From Vulcanimicrobiota bacterium (GTDB taxonomy: Bacteria; Vulcanimicrobiota; Xenobia; Xenobiales; JADMJV01), in assembly GCA_050250895.1 (NCBI GenBank), contig JBFWNU010000004.1, forward strand, positions 96,001-160,000: a DNA stretch of 64,000 nt. Direction: 5' to 3'. The notes under the pieces were generated by a model. That model was given only the letters and a program-made list of their open reading frames with translations, did not search any database and was not told the DNA's origin. This document shows positions 10,119 through 19,850 of the stretch, piece by piece (positions within the stretch are counted from its first letter, which is position 1; each line of letters starts with the position of its first letter). A program made the position numbers and the translations under genes.

Positions 10119-10613
10119 TCAGGCTTCGGTCGTGTTAGATTTGGAGTTCGGCCTCACTGTTTCCCAAAAACCTTGAGAAAGCTCTGCACGAAGACCCTCA
10201 AGACCGGCATCATCATCTCTGTTGGTCTCCTCCAGCTCCTCGTCCTCTGGCATCGGGCAGGGCTTCAGAGCGCGAATCACCTCATTGCGAAGTTCCACGC
10301 CGGCCGACGAACATCTCTCAGCGTCCTCCAGCAGCCCCAGCACGACCCGGAATCGCTCCTCGGGAATGAGCCTCTGCAGTTGAACCAAGTTTGCGACCGT
10401 GAACGAGACCACGACCCGAGCCCTGACGAAGGCAAGCGTATAGGCGAGGACATACGCGAAAACAAGCACGTAGACCAACAGGATGGGCGCCGAGGGTTCG
10501 CCATAGGAGTCGGGGTACGGGTTGTAACCATCTCCCATAGGCCTGTAGAGGAGGCCCAGAAACTCGGTTCCGAGCGACGAATCAACTACCGAATCCCCTT
10601 CTTCAACACCCAC
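10119..10613 (-). CDS. Hypothetical membrane protein, possibly frameshifted at its 5' end
   Basis: One TM segment. A second hydrophobic segment (MAYRYPGALAFVAAFVQVWLF) lies upstream in another frame. Confidence 0.4.
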   Translation of the reverse strand: MGVEEGDSVVDSSLGTEFLGLLYRPMGDGYNPYPDSYGEPSAPILLVYVLVFAYVLAYTLAFVRARVVVSFTVANLVQLQRLIPEERFRVVLGLLEDAERCSSAGVELRNEVIRALKPCPMPEDEELEETNRDDDAGLEGLRAELSQGFWETVRPNSKSNTTEA

Positions 10614-10884
10614 ACGAACAGCCAGACCTGGACGAACGCCGCCACGAACGCCAATGCGCCTGGATAACGATAGGCCATCCGACGAAACCGATCAAGCATC
10701 CTGTGACGCTTCCACAGCTCTCAAGATTCGCCCTCCGATGGACCCCGGGGGGAGGGGGGGTCCCGGAACCAAATCCGATCCCCTCGCCCCCCTCCGAAGG
10801 CCACGCTCTCTGCGCCGAAAGATCATAAAAAAGGAAAAAAGCCCCTGTGACTGACCCGAAACCTAAGATCCAGTCCTCACCGGC

Positions 10885-10992
10885 CGCCGTGGGGCTCTTT
10901 GGGTCGGTGCCTTTTGGGGGTCACGGTCGCGATTTTTCAAATGAAGGGAACCATCAATGCGCGAGGAGGTGAAAGTCGCCGTGGGGCTCTTT
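10885..10992 (+). repeat. 16-bp direct repeat CGCCGTGGGGCTCTTT x2
   Basis: Exact copies at 10885-10900 and 10977-10992. Confidence 0.8.
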
Positions 10993-11138
10993 ACGCTGAC
11001 CACTGGGGCAAAGAATCAAGTTTTGAAGCGCCTGTCTGAACCTCCCCATCTCTCGAATCCATCCTGAGACTCTTTAGGTCGACCCCCTAGAGGTGAATAG
11101 ATAGGTTACGAGAAGCCATTCCTGGGAGGGTGTTCTCG

Positions 11139-13019
11139 ATGTATCTGGAGACGTTGGCCTTACGAAACTTTCGGTCGTTCACAGACTTAGAGATTCCGCT
11201 TTGCAAAGACCTCACCGTATTCGTCGGCGAGAACAATGGCGGAAAGAGCAACGCCGTCGATGCTATTCGTCTCCTCATCCCGCCATTGAACGGCCGCCGA
11301 GACATCTACTGCGAGACCACAGACATCCGGTTTGGGAGTGACTCTTCGCGCTTCGAGATAGAGGCCCGATTCACGGAGTTGAGTGCCGCTCAACAGGGCC
11401 GACTCTTAACGGCTCTCACTGATGAAGAGATGACTCACGCGGCATTTGGGCTCGAATACGTGGAAGACAACGCCGCTACTCGGCCGAAGATCACACACTG
11501 GGCCGGCAAGTTCAAACACACGCCTGAAGCCGGTTCCAGGGAAATGATCCGGCACGTCTATCTCCCTCCGCTTCGTGACGCTCGCCACGCGTTGGCCTCG
11601 GGCAATCCTACCCGAATCTTTGCCCTTCTTACTCATTTTCTCAACGGCGAGAACCCCGACCAGGTAGCGAAGGAGCTAAGAAGGCAAAACGAGCATCCGA
11701 TTCTCCAGAGAGTTGAGGGCGCCGTTGGGGGCCACCTGACGACATTGACCGACGGTGTTCGGGCTCAGGCCAGCAAGCTTCAATTCCCCGGGGAAGAGCG
11801 ATTGTTCGACATTGCCAGAGACCTTCGCTTCAAGCTTGCGGATCACGGCCTGGCACCCGAGGATCTTCGCCACTCCGGCCATGGCTTTGCTAACCTCTTA
11901 TACATGGCGACGATTGCGGTCGAACTCGAGAAGATCAAAGACGCCGACCTGACCATATTCCTAGTGGAAGAACCTGAGGCACACTTGCACCCTCAGCTCC
12001 AAGCAGCGGTACTGAGCTTTCTTGAGGAAAAGGCGCAAGAATCTAGGAAGGGCAGCACATCAGGGCCGGCAGGGGAGCTTCAAATCGTGGTCGCTACTCA
12101 CTCCCCCAATCTGTCAGCCTGGGTGGAGGGAGAAAAACTCCTCGTCTTCAAGACCCACCAAGCCGCCGCCGCCGTGTCTGACGCCGAAGAACCTACGGCG
12201 GGTGCCGGCGAGCCGCTTGAGGGCTCTCCGAACCCGCCGAGGCGAGAAACGAAATGCATCCCGCTTAGAAAGCTCGGTGTTGAGGCGGACGACTGGAGAA
12301 AGATCAACCGCTATTTGGATGTGACACGTTCCGCTCTCCTGTTCGGCGGAAGGGTCTTGCTGGTCGAAGGGATCGCCGAGGTTTTGGTTCTCCCGATCAT
12401 AGCAAAGGAGTTTGTTCTCAAAGAACGGCCGAAGGAATTCCGCAGATTCCGGAGCGCCGTCTTTGTCTCGATCGACGGCGTGGATTTCGACCCTTGGGTC
12501 ACCCTTCTTCTCAAGAGTTGCGATGGGACCCGGGTGGCTGAACGTGTGGTGGTAATTACCGATGGTGACGCTCATAATGTTACGCCGGTATCTGATGAGG
12601 AGGACAAGCCCGACGCAGAGTCTTCGTCGAAACCGAAGCCCAAGTCAAAGTCTGAATCAAAGCGGCCGGCCGGCGAGGTCAGGAAGGAGAGACTTCTGAA
12701 GCTCGCTGAAGACCTCGACGCAACCGACTACCTTCATGTAGAGACAAACACCTACTCATTCGAGAGCGAGCTTGTTATAGCGGGCAACAGTGACCTCGTC
12801 GAGGCGGTATTTTCGCATTGCCACTCCAGATCGAAAGGCAAGTGGGACGCTGCCATCGCGCTCACCGACGGGTCCGCGCAAGCGACGGCTGTCCAGAAGC
12901 TCTTCACCAACACCCGCAAGGGGGACTTCGCTCACCAGCTAGCGGAGGAGATCAGGAAGCGGCCAAGTTTCATTGTTCCAAAGTATCTCCAAGATGCAAT
13001 CGAGGCGCTCGTGAAATGA
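11139..13019 (+). CDS. gajA: OLD-family ATP-dependent nuclease (ABC ATPase + TOPRIM), Gabija GajA-like
   Basis: RNFRS, Walker A GENNGGKS, signature SGHG, Walker B EEPEAHLHP, H-loop THSP, TOPRIM VEGIAE...TDGD. GGAGG RBS. Confidence 0.88.
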   Translation: MYLETLALRNFRSFTDLEIPLCKDLTVFVGENNGGKSNAVDAIRLLIPPLNGRRDIYCETTDIRFGSDSSRFEIEARFTELSAAQQGRLLTALTDEEMTHAAFGLEYVEDNAATRPKITHWAGKFKHTPEAGSREMIRHVYLPPLRDARHALASGNPTRIFALLTHFLNGENPDQVAKELRRQNEHPILQRVEGAVGGHLTTLTDGVRAQASKLQFPGEERLFDIARDLRFKLADHGLAPEDLRHSGHGFANLLYMATIAVELEKIKDADLTIFLVEEPEAHLHPQLQAAVLSFLEEKAQESRKGSTSGPAGELQIVVATHSPNLSAWVEGEKLLVFKTHQAAAAVSDAEEPTAGAGEPLEGSPNPPRRETKCIPLRKLGVEADDWRKINRYLDVTRSALLFGGRVLLVEGIAEVLVLPIIAKEFVLKERPKEFRRFRSAVFVSIDGVDFDPWVTLLLKSCDGTRVAERVVVITDGDAHNVTPVSDEEDKPDAESSSKPKPKSKSESKRPAGEVRKERLLKLAEDLDATDYLHVETNTYSFESELVIAGNSDLVEAVFSHCHSRSKGKWDAAIALTDGSAQATAVQKLFTNTRKGDFAHQLAEEIRKRPSFIVPKYLQDAIEALVK

Positions 13020-14713
13020 CTGAATTCACGCCGACCGACGAGCAGCGAAAGGTCATCGAATGGCCAGGCTCAGCCTTTATTTCGGCGTGTCCAGGGGCGG
13101 GAAAGACACGGGTCATGGTCGAGCGGGCCCGAGTGCTGCTCAGCGAACAGACGGGAAAGGGAATCGCGTTTTTGTCGTTCACGAACGCGGCGGTTTCCGA
13201 GTTGGCGCACCGTCTGAACGCCGAAGACCTCCTGCAGCGTCCACCTTTCCCGCACTTCGTAGGCACGTTTGACAGCTTCCTGTGGCACTTCTTCATTACA
13301 CCTTTTGGGATACCCGGGTCTTCATCGCGGCCTTGGTTGATGCCAGACAAGAATGAGCGAAGGGTTTCACTTGGTGGTAAGGCTCGTCCCATTCCGTTGC
13401 AGTGCTTTGACCGCGACACCGGCGAGATGTTGGCTAACGAAGCGGCCCGCATAGGCTTCAAGCCAGATGCATCTGCGGCTGCGCGCTATGCCACAGCTGT
13501 TCGGGGTCTTCGCAGGACACTTCTGGAGTCTGGTGGCCTCGACCACGACGACGTCCGCGAATTCTCGATCGCGCGCACCCAAGATGAGCGACTGGCGCCG
13601 AGATTGCAGAAAGCCCTGGCCTCGCGCTTTGCTGAGGTTATCGTCGATGAGGCACAGGACTGCAACCCGCAAGACCTCGTTCTGGTCAAGTTTCTGCGCG
13701 ACTCGGGGATCGTGGTAAAGGTCATCTGCGATCCCCAGCAATCCATCTACGGCTTCCGCGGCGGCGTAGCCGATGAACTGATTGCTTTTGGAAAAACCTT
13801 CGTCGAGGAGCCCGACCTGACTTTGACCGGCACTTTTCGGACAACACCCGCCATCTGTCGCGCCCTAGCGGCGTTGCGACCGAATGGCACAGGCACGACG
13901 GATCAACCGCTAGGGCGTTACAGGGAGGACGCTACCCCTATTCACGTGTTTCGACTTGCGAAGATTTCTGACCGCGTGGCGTCGAGCTTCTATGAATTGG
14001 TCCGAAGCCTCGATCTCAGTCCATCGGCGTGCCCGATCCTCGCGGCCACGAAACGCATGGGTGCGAACGCTACCGGGCAGGCTCCACCTAGCGATAGTGA
14101 AGCGCTCACCATCCGTCTCGCGGAGGCTGTCATGGACTTTCACTTCGCCATAGAGCCTAGCAAAAGAATTTCGTCTCTTGAGCGCGTCTATCGTATGATC
14201 CTCGAACTGGAGGGCCGTCTAGGTGAACTCTCCTTCCGCGAATTCTTGGTGAAGGAGGGTGCCGAACCGATGGGTTGGCGACCGGTTGCGCTCGGTGTGG
14301 TGAAGGCGCTGAAGTATACCGTTGATCAGGGGGTCGAGCAGTGGTTGGCACAGGCGCGTAAGACACTCGGTCCTCACCTTCGGGCAGGTCGGAAAATCGG
14401 GAACCTGCTCAAATCAAATAAAAACCTTCCCAACACCCTACGCGAACGGCGTGACGTGGGAGGAGCCCGAACCATCCACTCTGCAAAGGGCCAAGAGTTC
14501 CCAGCTGTTTGCGTTGTCTTGCCGAGGGCCTCATTCTTGGATTTCCTCGAAAATGGGACGCCTGCCGAGTTGGCCGAGGATGCTAGAAAGATCTATGTGG
14601 GGGCCTCTCGCGCCCAAAGACTTCTCTGTTTCGCCATTCCCGAGAATCAATCGCCAAGAGTAATTGCTCGGCTTGAGTCTGCGGATGTGCCCGTGAAAGT
14701 CATCGATATCTGA
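13016..14713 (+). CDS. gajB: UvrD-like SF1 helicase, Gabija GajB-like
   Basis: ACPGAGKT, SFTNAA, GTFDSF, VDEAQD, DPQQSIYGFRG, TIHSAKGQEF, YVGASRA. ATGA overlap with the upstream nuclease. Confidence 0.88.
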   Translation: MTEFTPTDEQRKVIEWPGSAFISACPGAGKTRVMVERARVLLSEQTGKGIAFLSFTNAAVSELAHRLNAEDLLQRPPFPHFVGTFDSFLWHFFITPFGIPGSSSRPWLMPDKNERRVSLGGKARPIPLQCFDRDTGEMLANEAARIGFKPDASAAARYATAVRGLRRTLLESGGLDHDDVREFSIARTQDERLAPRLQKALASRFAEVIVDEAQDCNPQDLVLVKFLRDSGIVVKVICDPQQSIYGFRGGVADELIAFGKTFVEEPDLTLTGTFRTTPAICRALAALRPNGTGTTDQPLGRYREDATPIHVFRLAKISDRVASSFYELVRSLDLSPSACPILAATKRMGANATGQAPPSDSEALTIRLAEAVMDFHFAIEPSKRISSLERVYRMILELEGRLGELSFREFLVKEGAEPMGWRPVALGVVKALKYTVDQGVEQWLAQARKTLGPHLRAGRKIGNLLKSNKNLPNTLRERRDVGGARTIHSAKGQEFPAVCVVLPRASFLDFLENGTPAELAEDARKIYVGASRAQRLLCFAIPENQSPRVIARLESADVPVKVIDI

Positions 14714-14815
14714 AGCTTGGCGTTCGGACTCTGGCGAGTTCAGCAGCTCTGCAAATGTTTCATTGAGCCAGCTGCTTGAGTGTTCGTTCACTTAGCACCT
14801 TGACCACCGCCTCGG

Positions 14816-16198
14816 GAGTTATGATGATTTCTGGTGTTTGGCAGGGATAAAAAGGTAGCGCACCCTACTGGTTTTTTGAACGAAAAACTAACGAAGGGAT
14901 ACGCTATGGAAGACAATACGATCATCGAATTCAAGAGACCTGCGTCGGCATCGGCAGATCCGCTCACCGACCTGCTCCGGAAGGGTGCTCGAGAGCTCTT
15001 GGTGAGGGCCGTCGAGGCCGAGCTGGAGGACTTTCTCAGCCAGTTCAATGGGCTCCGGCTGGAGGACGGCCGCCAGGCTATCGTTCGAAACGGCTTCCTT
15101 CCCGAACGGGAGATTCAGACCGGAATCGGGCCTGTGGCCGTCAAAGTCCCGAAGGTCAGAGACCGCACGAGATCAGGGATCAAGTTCAACTCAAAATTGC
15201 TCCCTCCTTACCTCAAGAGGACGGCCAGCGTCGAGACGCTACTGCCCTGGCTTTACCTCAAGGGAATCTCGAGCGGCGACTTCAAGGAGACCCTCGTGGC
15301 GCTGGTTGGCGAGAAGGCGAAAGGTCTGTCCCCGCAGACCATCGGCCGGCTCAAGAAGCAGTGGGAGGAAGAGCCCGAGACCTGGGCTGCGAGCAGCCTC
15401 GCCGGCAAACGCTATGTCTACTGGTGGGCTGACGGCATCTACTTCAACGTTCGTGGCGACGACGCCAGGAGTTGCATACTTGTCGTTATCGGCGCCAACG
15501 AGCGAGGCGAGAAGGAGTTCGTCGCTCTCGAGGAAGGCCTTCGGGAATCCGAGCAGAGCTGGCTCGAAGTCCTCTCGTCACTCAAGCAACGCGGCCTCGC
15601 GGAGGGTCCGGCGCTGGCCGTCGGTGATGGCGCTCTCGGCTTCTGGAAGGCTCTCACCAAGACCTTCGGCGAGACGCGGCACCAGCGCTGCTGGGTCCAC
15701 AAGACCGGAAACGTCTTGAATAAGCTGCCTAAGAGTTCGCAGAAGCAGGCGAAGTCGATGCTCCACAATATCTGGCAGGCAGAGACCAAGAAGGCCGCAG
15801 ACATCGCCTTCGGCCTCTTTGTCGACACCTACCAGGACAAGTACCCAAAGGCCACCGCGTGCCTCGAGAAAGACAGAGACCTGCTTCTGAGCTTCTATGA
15901 CTTTCCCGCCGCCCATTGGCAGCACATCAGGACCACCAACCCCGTGGAATCGACGTTCGCCACAGTTCGCCTACGGACCGACAAAACGCGAGGCTGCGTC
16001 TCCCGACGAACCATCCTGGCAATGGTCTACAAGCTGGGCCAGAGCGCCAAGAGACGCTGGAGGCGCCTGCGAGGCTTCAAGCATCTGGCTGAGGTAATCG
16101 AAGGGGTCAGGTTCGTCGACGGCGTCAAACAAAGTGTTGAGGAGCCTCTGGGGAGTGCTGCCTAGCCCGACGCCAAACACCAGATTTGACCATATCTC
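14816..16198 (+). mobile_element. IS256-family insertion sequence
   Basis: Terminal IRs GAGTTATGATGATTTCTGGTGTTTGGC / GAGATATGGTCAAATCTGGTGTTTGGC. 9-bp DR CCGCCTCGG at 14807-14815 and 16199-16207. Confidence 0.92.
14906..16165 (+). CDS. IS256-family transposase
   Basis: RNGF..R.IQTGIG.V.VKVP.VRDR, WADG, VGDGALGFW, QRCWVHK, IRTTNPVES. Confidence 0.95.
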   Translation: MEDNTIIEFKRPASASADPLTDLLRKGARELLVRAVEAELEDFLSQFNGLRLEDGRQAIVRNGFLPEREIQTGIGPVAVKVPKVRDRTRSGIKFNSKLLPPYLKRTASVETLLPWLYLKGISSGDFKETLVALVGEKAKGLSPQTIGRLKKQWEEEPETWAASSLAGKRYVYWWADGIYFNVRGDDARSCILVVIGANERGEKEFVALEEGLRESEQSWLEVLSSLKQRGLAEGPALAVGDGALGFWKALTKTFGETRHQRCWVHKTGNVLNKLPKSSQKQAKSMLHNIWQAETKKAADIAFGLFVDTYQDKYPKATACLEKDRDLLLSFYDFPAAHWQHIRTTNPVESTFATVRLRTDKTRGCVSRRTILAMVYKLGQSAKRRWRRLRGFKHLAEVIEGVRFVDGVKQSVEEPLGSAA

Positions 16199-16437
16199 CC
16201 GCCTCGGCGATCTCATCAGCTGTGTCAAAATCGCCTGCAATAACACCATTGACTCGAAGTGTCCAAAAAGCGCCGAGGCCTCTAGGCACGATAATCTCAA
16301 CACCCGGTTCTGCGAAATCCACCGACCAGCCGTCTCTGTGGGCGGAAAATCCTTCCTCACGAACCCTTAGCACAAGCGCCGTGAGTTGTCGGCAAGCTCG
16401 CTTGGAGATGGCCGCAGCCCGATGGTAGCATCGGTGT

Positions 16438-16824
16438 ATGACCAAGCAAGCGACGACGGAACTTCACCAATTGAGCAGAGAGCTCCGTCGGTGGCGCGAG
16501 CAGCACAGCGCCCCGACGCCGATCCCAGATCGAATCTGGGAGAGAGCGGCTCAACTCGCCCGTGAAAACGGCGTTGGCCCGATCTCGAAGAGCTTGCATC
16601 TCGACCACGCGAAGCTCAAGCGCCTCACTGGCAAAGTCACGCCGGACGGGCCGGTGGCCACCTTCATTGAGGTTCAGTCCTGGCTGGGATGTTCACTTCC
16701 GTCCGCCGCCGGCCTCTGCTGTCGCGTCGAGGTCCAAGGGTCGGGGGGAGCGGTCATGCGGGCTGAGCTTGAAAACGCTTCCGCTGCAGACCTGGCCACC
16801 ATCTTCCGCGGCTTTGCCGGGTAG
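16438..16824 (+). CDS. tnpA: IS66 accessory protein TnpA
   Basis: WR...IPDRIWERAAQLA HTH-like segment. First ORF of the IS. TAGCAT-N6-ATG. Confidence 0.8.
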   Translation: MTKQATTELHQLSRELRRWREQHSAPTPIPDRIWERAAQLARENGVGPISKSLHLDHAKLKRLTGKVTPDGPVATFIEVQSWLGCSLPSAAGLCCRVEVQGSGGAVMRAELENASAADLATIFRGFAG

Positions 16825-16829
16825 CTTGG

Positions 16830-17204
16830 ATGCTTCAAATCACGCCCCAAATGCGTGTCCTGGTCGCCGTGGAAGCGGTTGATGGGCGAAAGGGCATCGA
16901 CTCGCTCGCCCGATTGTGCCGAGAGAAGCTCGAGGAGGACCCATTTTCCGGGACGGTCTTTCTCTTCCTCAACCGGAGCCGTACGACCTTGAAGGCGCTC
17001 GTTTACGACCAGCAGGGATTTTGGTTGGCCAGCAAGCGCCTCTCCCGAGGGACCTTTCGATACTGGCCAACCGGTGATTCCGCCGGCAAGCCCCTCGAGG
17101 CTCATCAGGTGCAGATGCTCTTTGCCGGCGGCGATCCTGAGGCCAGGTCGGCGCCGTTCTGGCGGCCAATCTCGAAGGTTGGAATGTCTTCCGCCGCCTC
17201 CTAA
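16830..17204 (+). CDS. tnpB: IS66 accessory protein TnpB
   Basis: VDGRKGIDSL...DPFSG..FLFLNR...D.QGFWL..KRL..G.F. Confidence 0.93.
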   Translation: MLQITPQMRVLVAVEAVDGRKGIDSLARLCREKLEEDPFSGTVFLFLNRSRTTLKALVYDQQGFWLASKRLSRGTFRYWPTGDSAGKPLEAHQVQMLFAGGDPEARSAPFWRPISKVGMSSAAS

Positions 17205-17298
17205 TTCCCTTCGAGTTCTTGCATGGATCTGACCGCCACCGGAGAAGTGCCTTGCAACGGAGGTTGGTCAGCTGAGTAAGCGCGCAAAGAAAGAGGTC

Positions 17299-18836
17299 GT
17301 GGAAGTGGATGTCGCCGAGTTGGATGCGATCATCGACGCCGCCGCGTCCGGCCCTCTCGACGAAGAGCAGCGCCAGACTCTCAGGAGCGCTCTCCATCTG
17401 CTCCTCGCCAAGCTTGAGCCGAAGGGGCGCACGTCCGAAAGATTGGAAGAGCTCATCAAGAAGCTCATGCCTCAGGACAAGCCCGACTCCGACGACAAGT
17501 CGACTGGCCAGGAGAAGCCGGGGCACGGTCGCAACCCATCCTCGGCCTATTGGGGCGCTCAGAGGTTCGTAATCACCCACGGCACACTCCAGGCTGGCTC
17601 GCATTGCCCCGACTGCGCCACGGGCAAGGTCTATCCGACCAAAACTCCTAAGACGCTTCTCAGCATCGTGGCGGCTCCGCCGGTGCAGGCCAAGGCCTAC
17701 GATTTGGAAAGATTGCGCTGCAACCTCTGCGGTGAGACTTTCGTGGCCGAAGCGCCCGAGGGTGTCGGGGACAAGAAATACGACGCCACGGTGCCGGCCA
17801 TGCTGGCCGTCCTCACTTACGGCAGCGGCTTCCCGCGCAATCGCTTGACGACCCTCCAGGGGCAGCTGGGCGTGCCGATGCCCCAGTCGACTCAGTGGGA
17901 CCTTCTCGATGAAGCGGCCGACCAGCTCGAGCCCCTTTACCGCGAGGTGGTCGAGCACGCGGCCCAGGGCGACGTTCTCCATAGCGACGACACGAGCCGC
18001 AAAGTGCTAAAACTCGAGCGGCCGCCAGAGGACGCCAGGACGGGGGTCTTCACCAGCGGAATTGTCTCGACGGCAAACGGTCACGGGCCCCGGATCGCGC
18101 TGTTCTTCACCGGTCGCCAACACGCCGGCGAGAACCTCCGAGACATCCTTCTTCGGCGCGCTCAGGAACTGGCCCAGCCATTGCACATGTGCGACGCACT
18201 TTCAAGAAACACGCCCAAGAAAGACGGCGTGGCCATGGATGTGGCCGCGGCGAACTGTCTTGCCCATGGTCGACGCTACTTCGTCGAGAGCTTCGAAAGC
18301 TTTCCCGAGCAGTGCAGGCACGTCCTCGAAGAACTCGGGGTGGTCTTTCTCGTTGACCGTCTGGCCAGGCTGATGGAGCTGACGCCCGCCGAGCGACTTG
18401 CCTTCCACCAGAAGCAAAGCGGCCCGGTCATGGAGAGCCTGAAAGCCTGGCTGGGCAAGCAGTTCAAGGAGAAATTGGTGGAGCCGAACTCCGGGCTGGG
18501 CAGAGCGATCAAGTATTCCAGAAGCACTGGGAGAAACTGACGCTCTTTCTCAGGGAGCCTGGAGCCCCAGTGGACAACAATTTGTGCGAGAGGGCCCTCA
18601 AGAAGGCGGTTTTAGACCGCAAAAACAGTCTGTTCTTCAGGACCAAAAGGGGCGCCGAAGTGGGCGACCTCTTCACCAGCCTGGTGCACACCTGCGAACT
18701 GAACAAAGTGAACCCGTTCGCCTATCTGACGCTGGTGCTGCGACACTCGGACGAGGTGAAAAAGGCACCGGCCGACTGGCTTCCTTGGAATCGGCAAGAA
18801 CCTGGCCTCAGGCCGCCACAGACGCAAGAAAGCTAA
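17299..18836 (+). pseudogene. tnpC: IS66 transposase TnpC with 1-nt deletion near 18517
   Basis: CPDC zinc finger, HSDDT, CLAHGRR. After AIKY the natural continuation QKHWEKLTLF...DNNLCERALK is in another frame. Confidence 0.85.
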
Positions 18837-18966
18837 GTCTGAGCGCGCTCACCGACAACTCACAAGCTCCAAGAGGTCTTCCTCTATCTGCGAATCGAGC
18901 ATCAATCTCACGACAGCAAGTGTGCGTGTGCGCGAAAGTCCCGCCGAACGAGATCTAGATGCAGAT

Positions 18967-18997
18967 GTGTCCCCCACTCCGACGAAGTGTCCCCCAC
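18967..18997 (+). repeat. 11-bp direct repeat GTGTCCCCCAC x2, candidate operator
   Basis: Copies at 18967-18977 and 18987-18997, between divergent small ORFs. Confidence 0.7.
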
Positions 18998-19011
18998 CGC
19001 TACACACACCT

Positions 19012-19217
19012 ATGAGCAAACGACGAGGACATCCGAAGATCTCCCTACGCTTACACCCAACGGCGCTCAAGCAGCTCCGCGCGAAGGCCGAAGACCCATT
19101 CGAGGCCAGAAGGGCGGAGGGGTCGGCGCCTACGTTCGCACGTTGATCTATTCGGATCTCGGCTTTGACTCAGGGAAACACGAAGCCATCAACGGAGACA
19201 ACACCGACGACGGCTAG
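19012..19217 (+). pseudogene. Small ribbon-helix-helix-like protein, frameshifted
   Basis: MSKRRGHPKISLRLHPTALKQLRAKAE continues in another frame as ...GGGVGAYVRTLIYSDLG (beta-alpha-alpha pattern). Confidence 0.5.
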
Positions 19218-19472
19218 ATACCCAAGAAAAGAGAGGAACCCAGCGCACACTTCGAAGTCTTCTCCCGCCTCGTCAACACGGTTTTCTCTCCCACCGGCCC
19301 GCCGCCCCTCAGCCCCAGTAAACACCCCTCTCACACCGATCTCCTCGACTACGGGGTCGACCGCGGAAACGTTTTGGCTCTTGAAATCGAAGGCTTTAAG
19401 GCTCCGACGGCCACCTGTTATGTCAGACAATTGTCGGGCGCGTAACTAACCTTAACATCGACACCGCTCGCC

Positions 19473-19850
19473 ATGGTCCAAAACTCTACAAGCCCGCAAT
19501 GTTGTTGCCCGCGTTCGAAGTCATTCATCGCGGCGGTGATGGTCAGCGCATCTTCATCGATGATCTGCTCGAGGATTACGGGCGCATTCTCCTGGAAGCC
19601 AAAGCCGAGCAGAACAATGCCCCGGATGGCGTCCTTCCCTTCGTGCATCTTGCCTCAAAGGGGTTTTGGCATCTTCATGCCGTATCTGGGGCCATGGTCG
19701 AACCCGCAGCAAATCCGCTCGAGGAAGGCCCTCGACGCTACCATATCCTTCGCCAGTCTCGATGCGGCCCTTTGCGTCTTAAGTGGGCTACCGCGCTCCT
19801 GTCCGGTCTTTCCAGACGACCGGTTCCGAACTAAACGGCAAGTGTCGCTC
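19473..19850 (+). pseudogene. Remnant of SBD-like (ScoMcrA-type) N-terminal domain of modification-dependent restriction nucleases
   Basis: YKPAMLL...PFVHLASKGFWHL, then FASLDAAL in a second frame. No HNH domain follows. Confidence 0.5.

Larger units (their letters stand above)
16381..18863 (+). mobile_element. IS66-family insertion sequence
   Basis: IRs GTGAGTTGTCGG at both ends. Imperfect DR AAGCGCC/AAGCTCC. tnpA-tnpB-tnpC layout. Confidence 0.9.
14760..18902 (-). pseudogene. 86-aa ORF interrupted by both IS256 and IS66
   Basis: Removing both IS and one copy of each target duplication gives MLDSQIEEDLLELVLRVREEGFSAHRDGW...EIAEAVVKVLSERTLKQLAQ*. Confidence 0.65.

Noticed and set aside
10957-11060. 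MREEVKVAVGLFTL resembling an MlaD/MCE N-terminus
   Set aside because: Too short, with no continuing homology; cannot be supported.
11064-11103. CTGAG...TTAGG as another copy of the shared promoter
   Set aside because: Repeat period and -10 spacing do not match.
12818-13015. Long N-terminal extension of the UvrD ORF
   Set aside because: It overlaps the nuclease 3' end. ATG 13016 gives an ATGA overlap and a normal helicase start.
16830-17204. TnpB as an RNA-guided nuclease
   Set aside because: This is the small IS66 accessory TnpB, unrelated to the IS200/IS605 RuvC TnpB.
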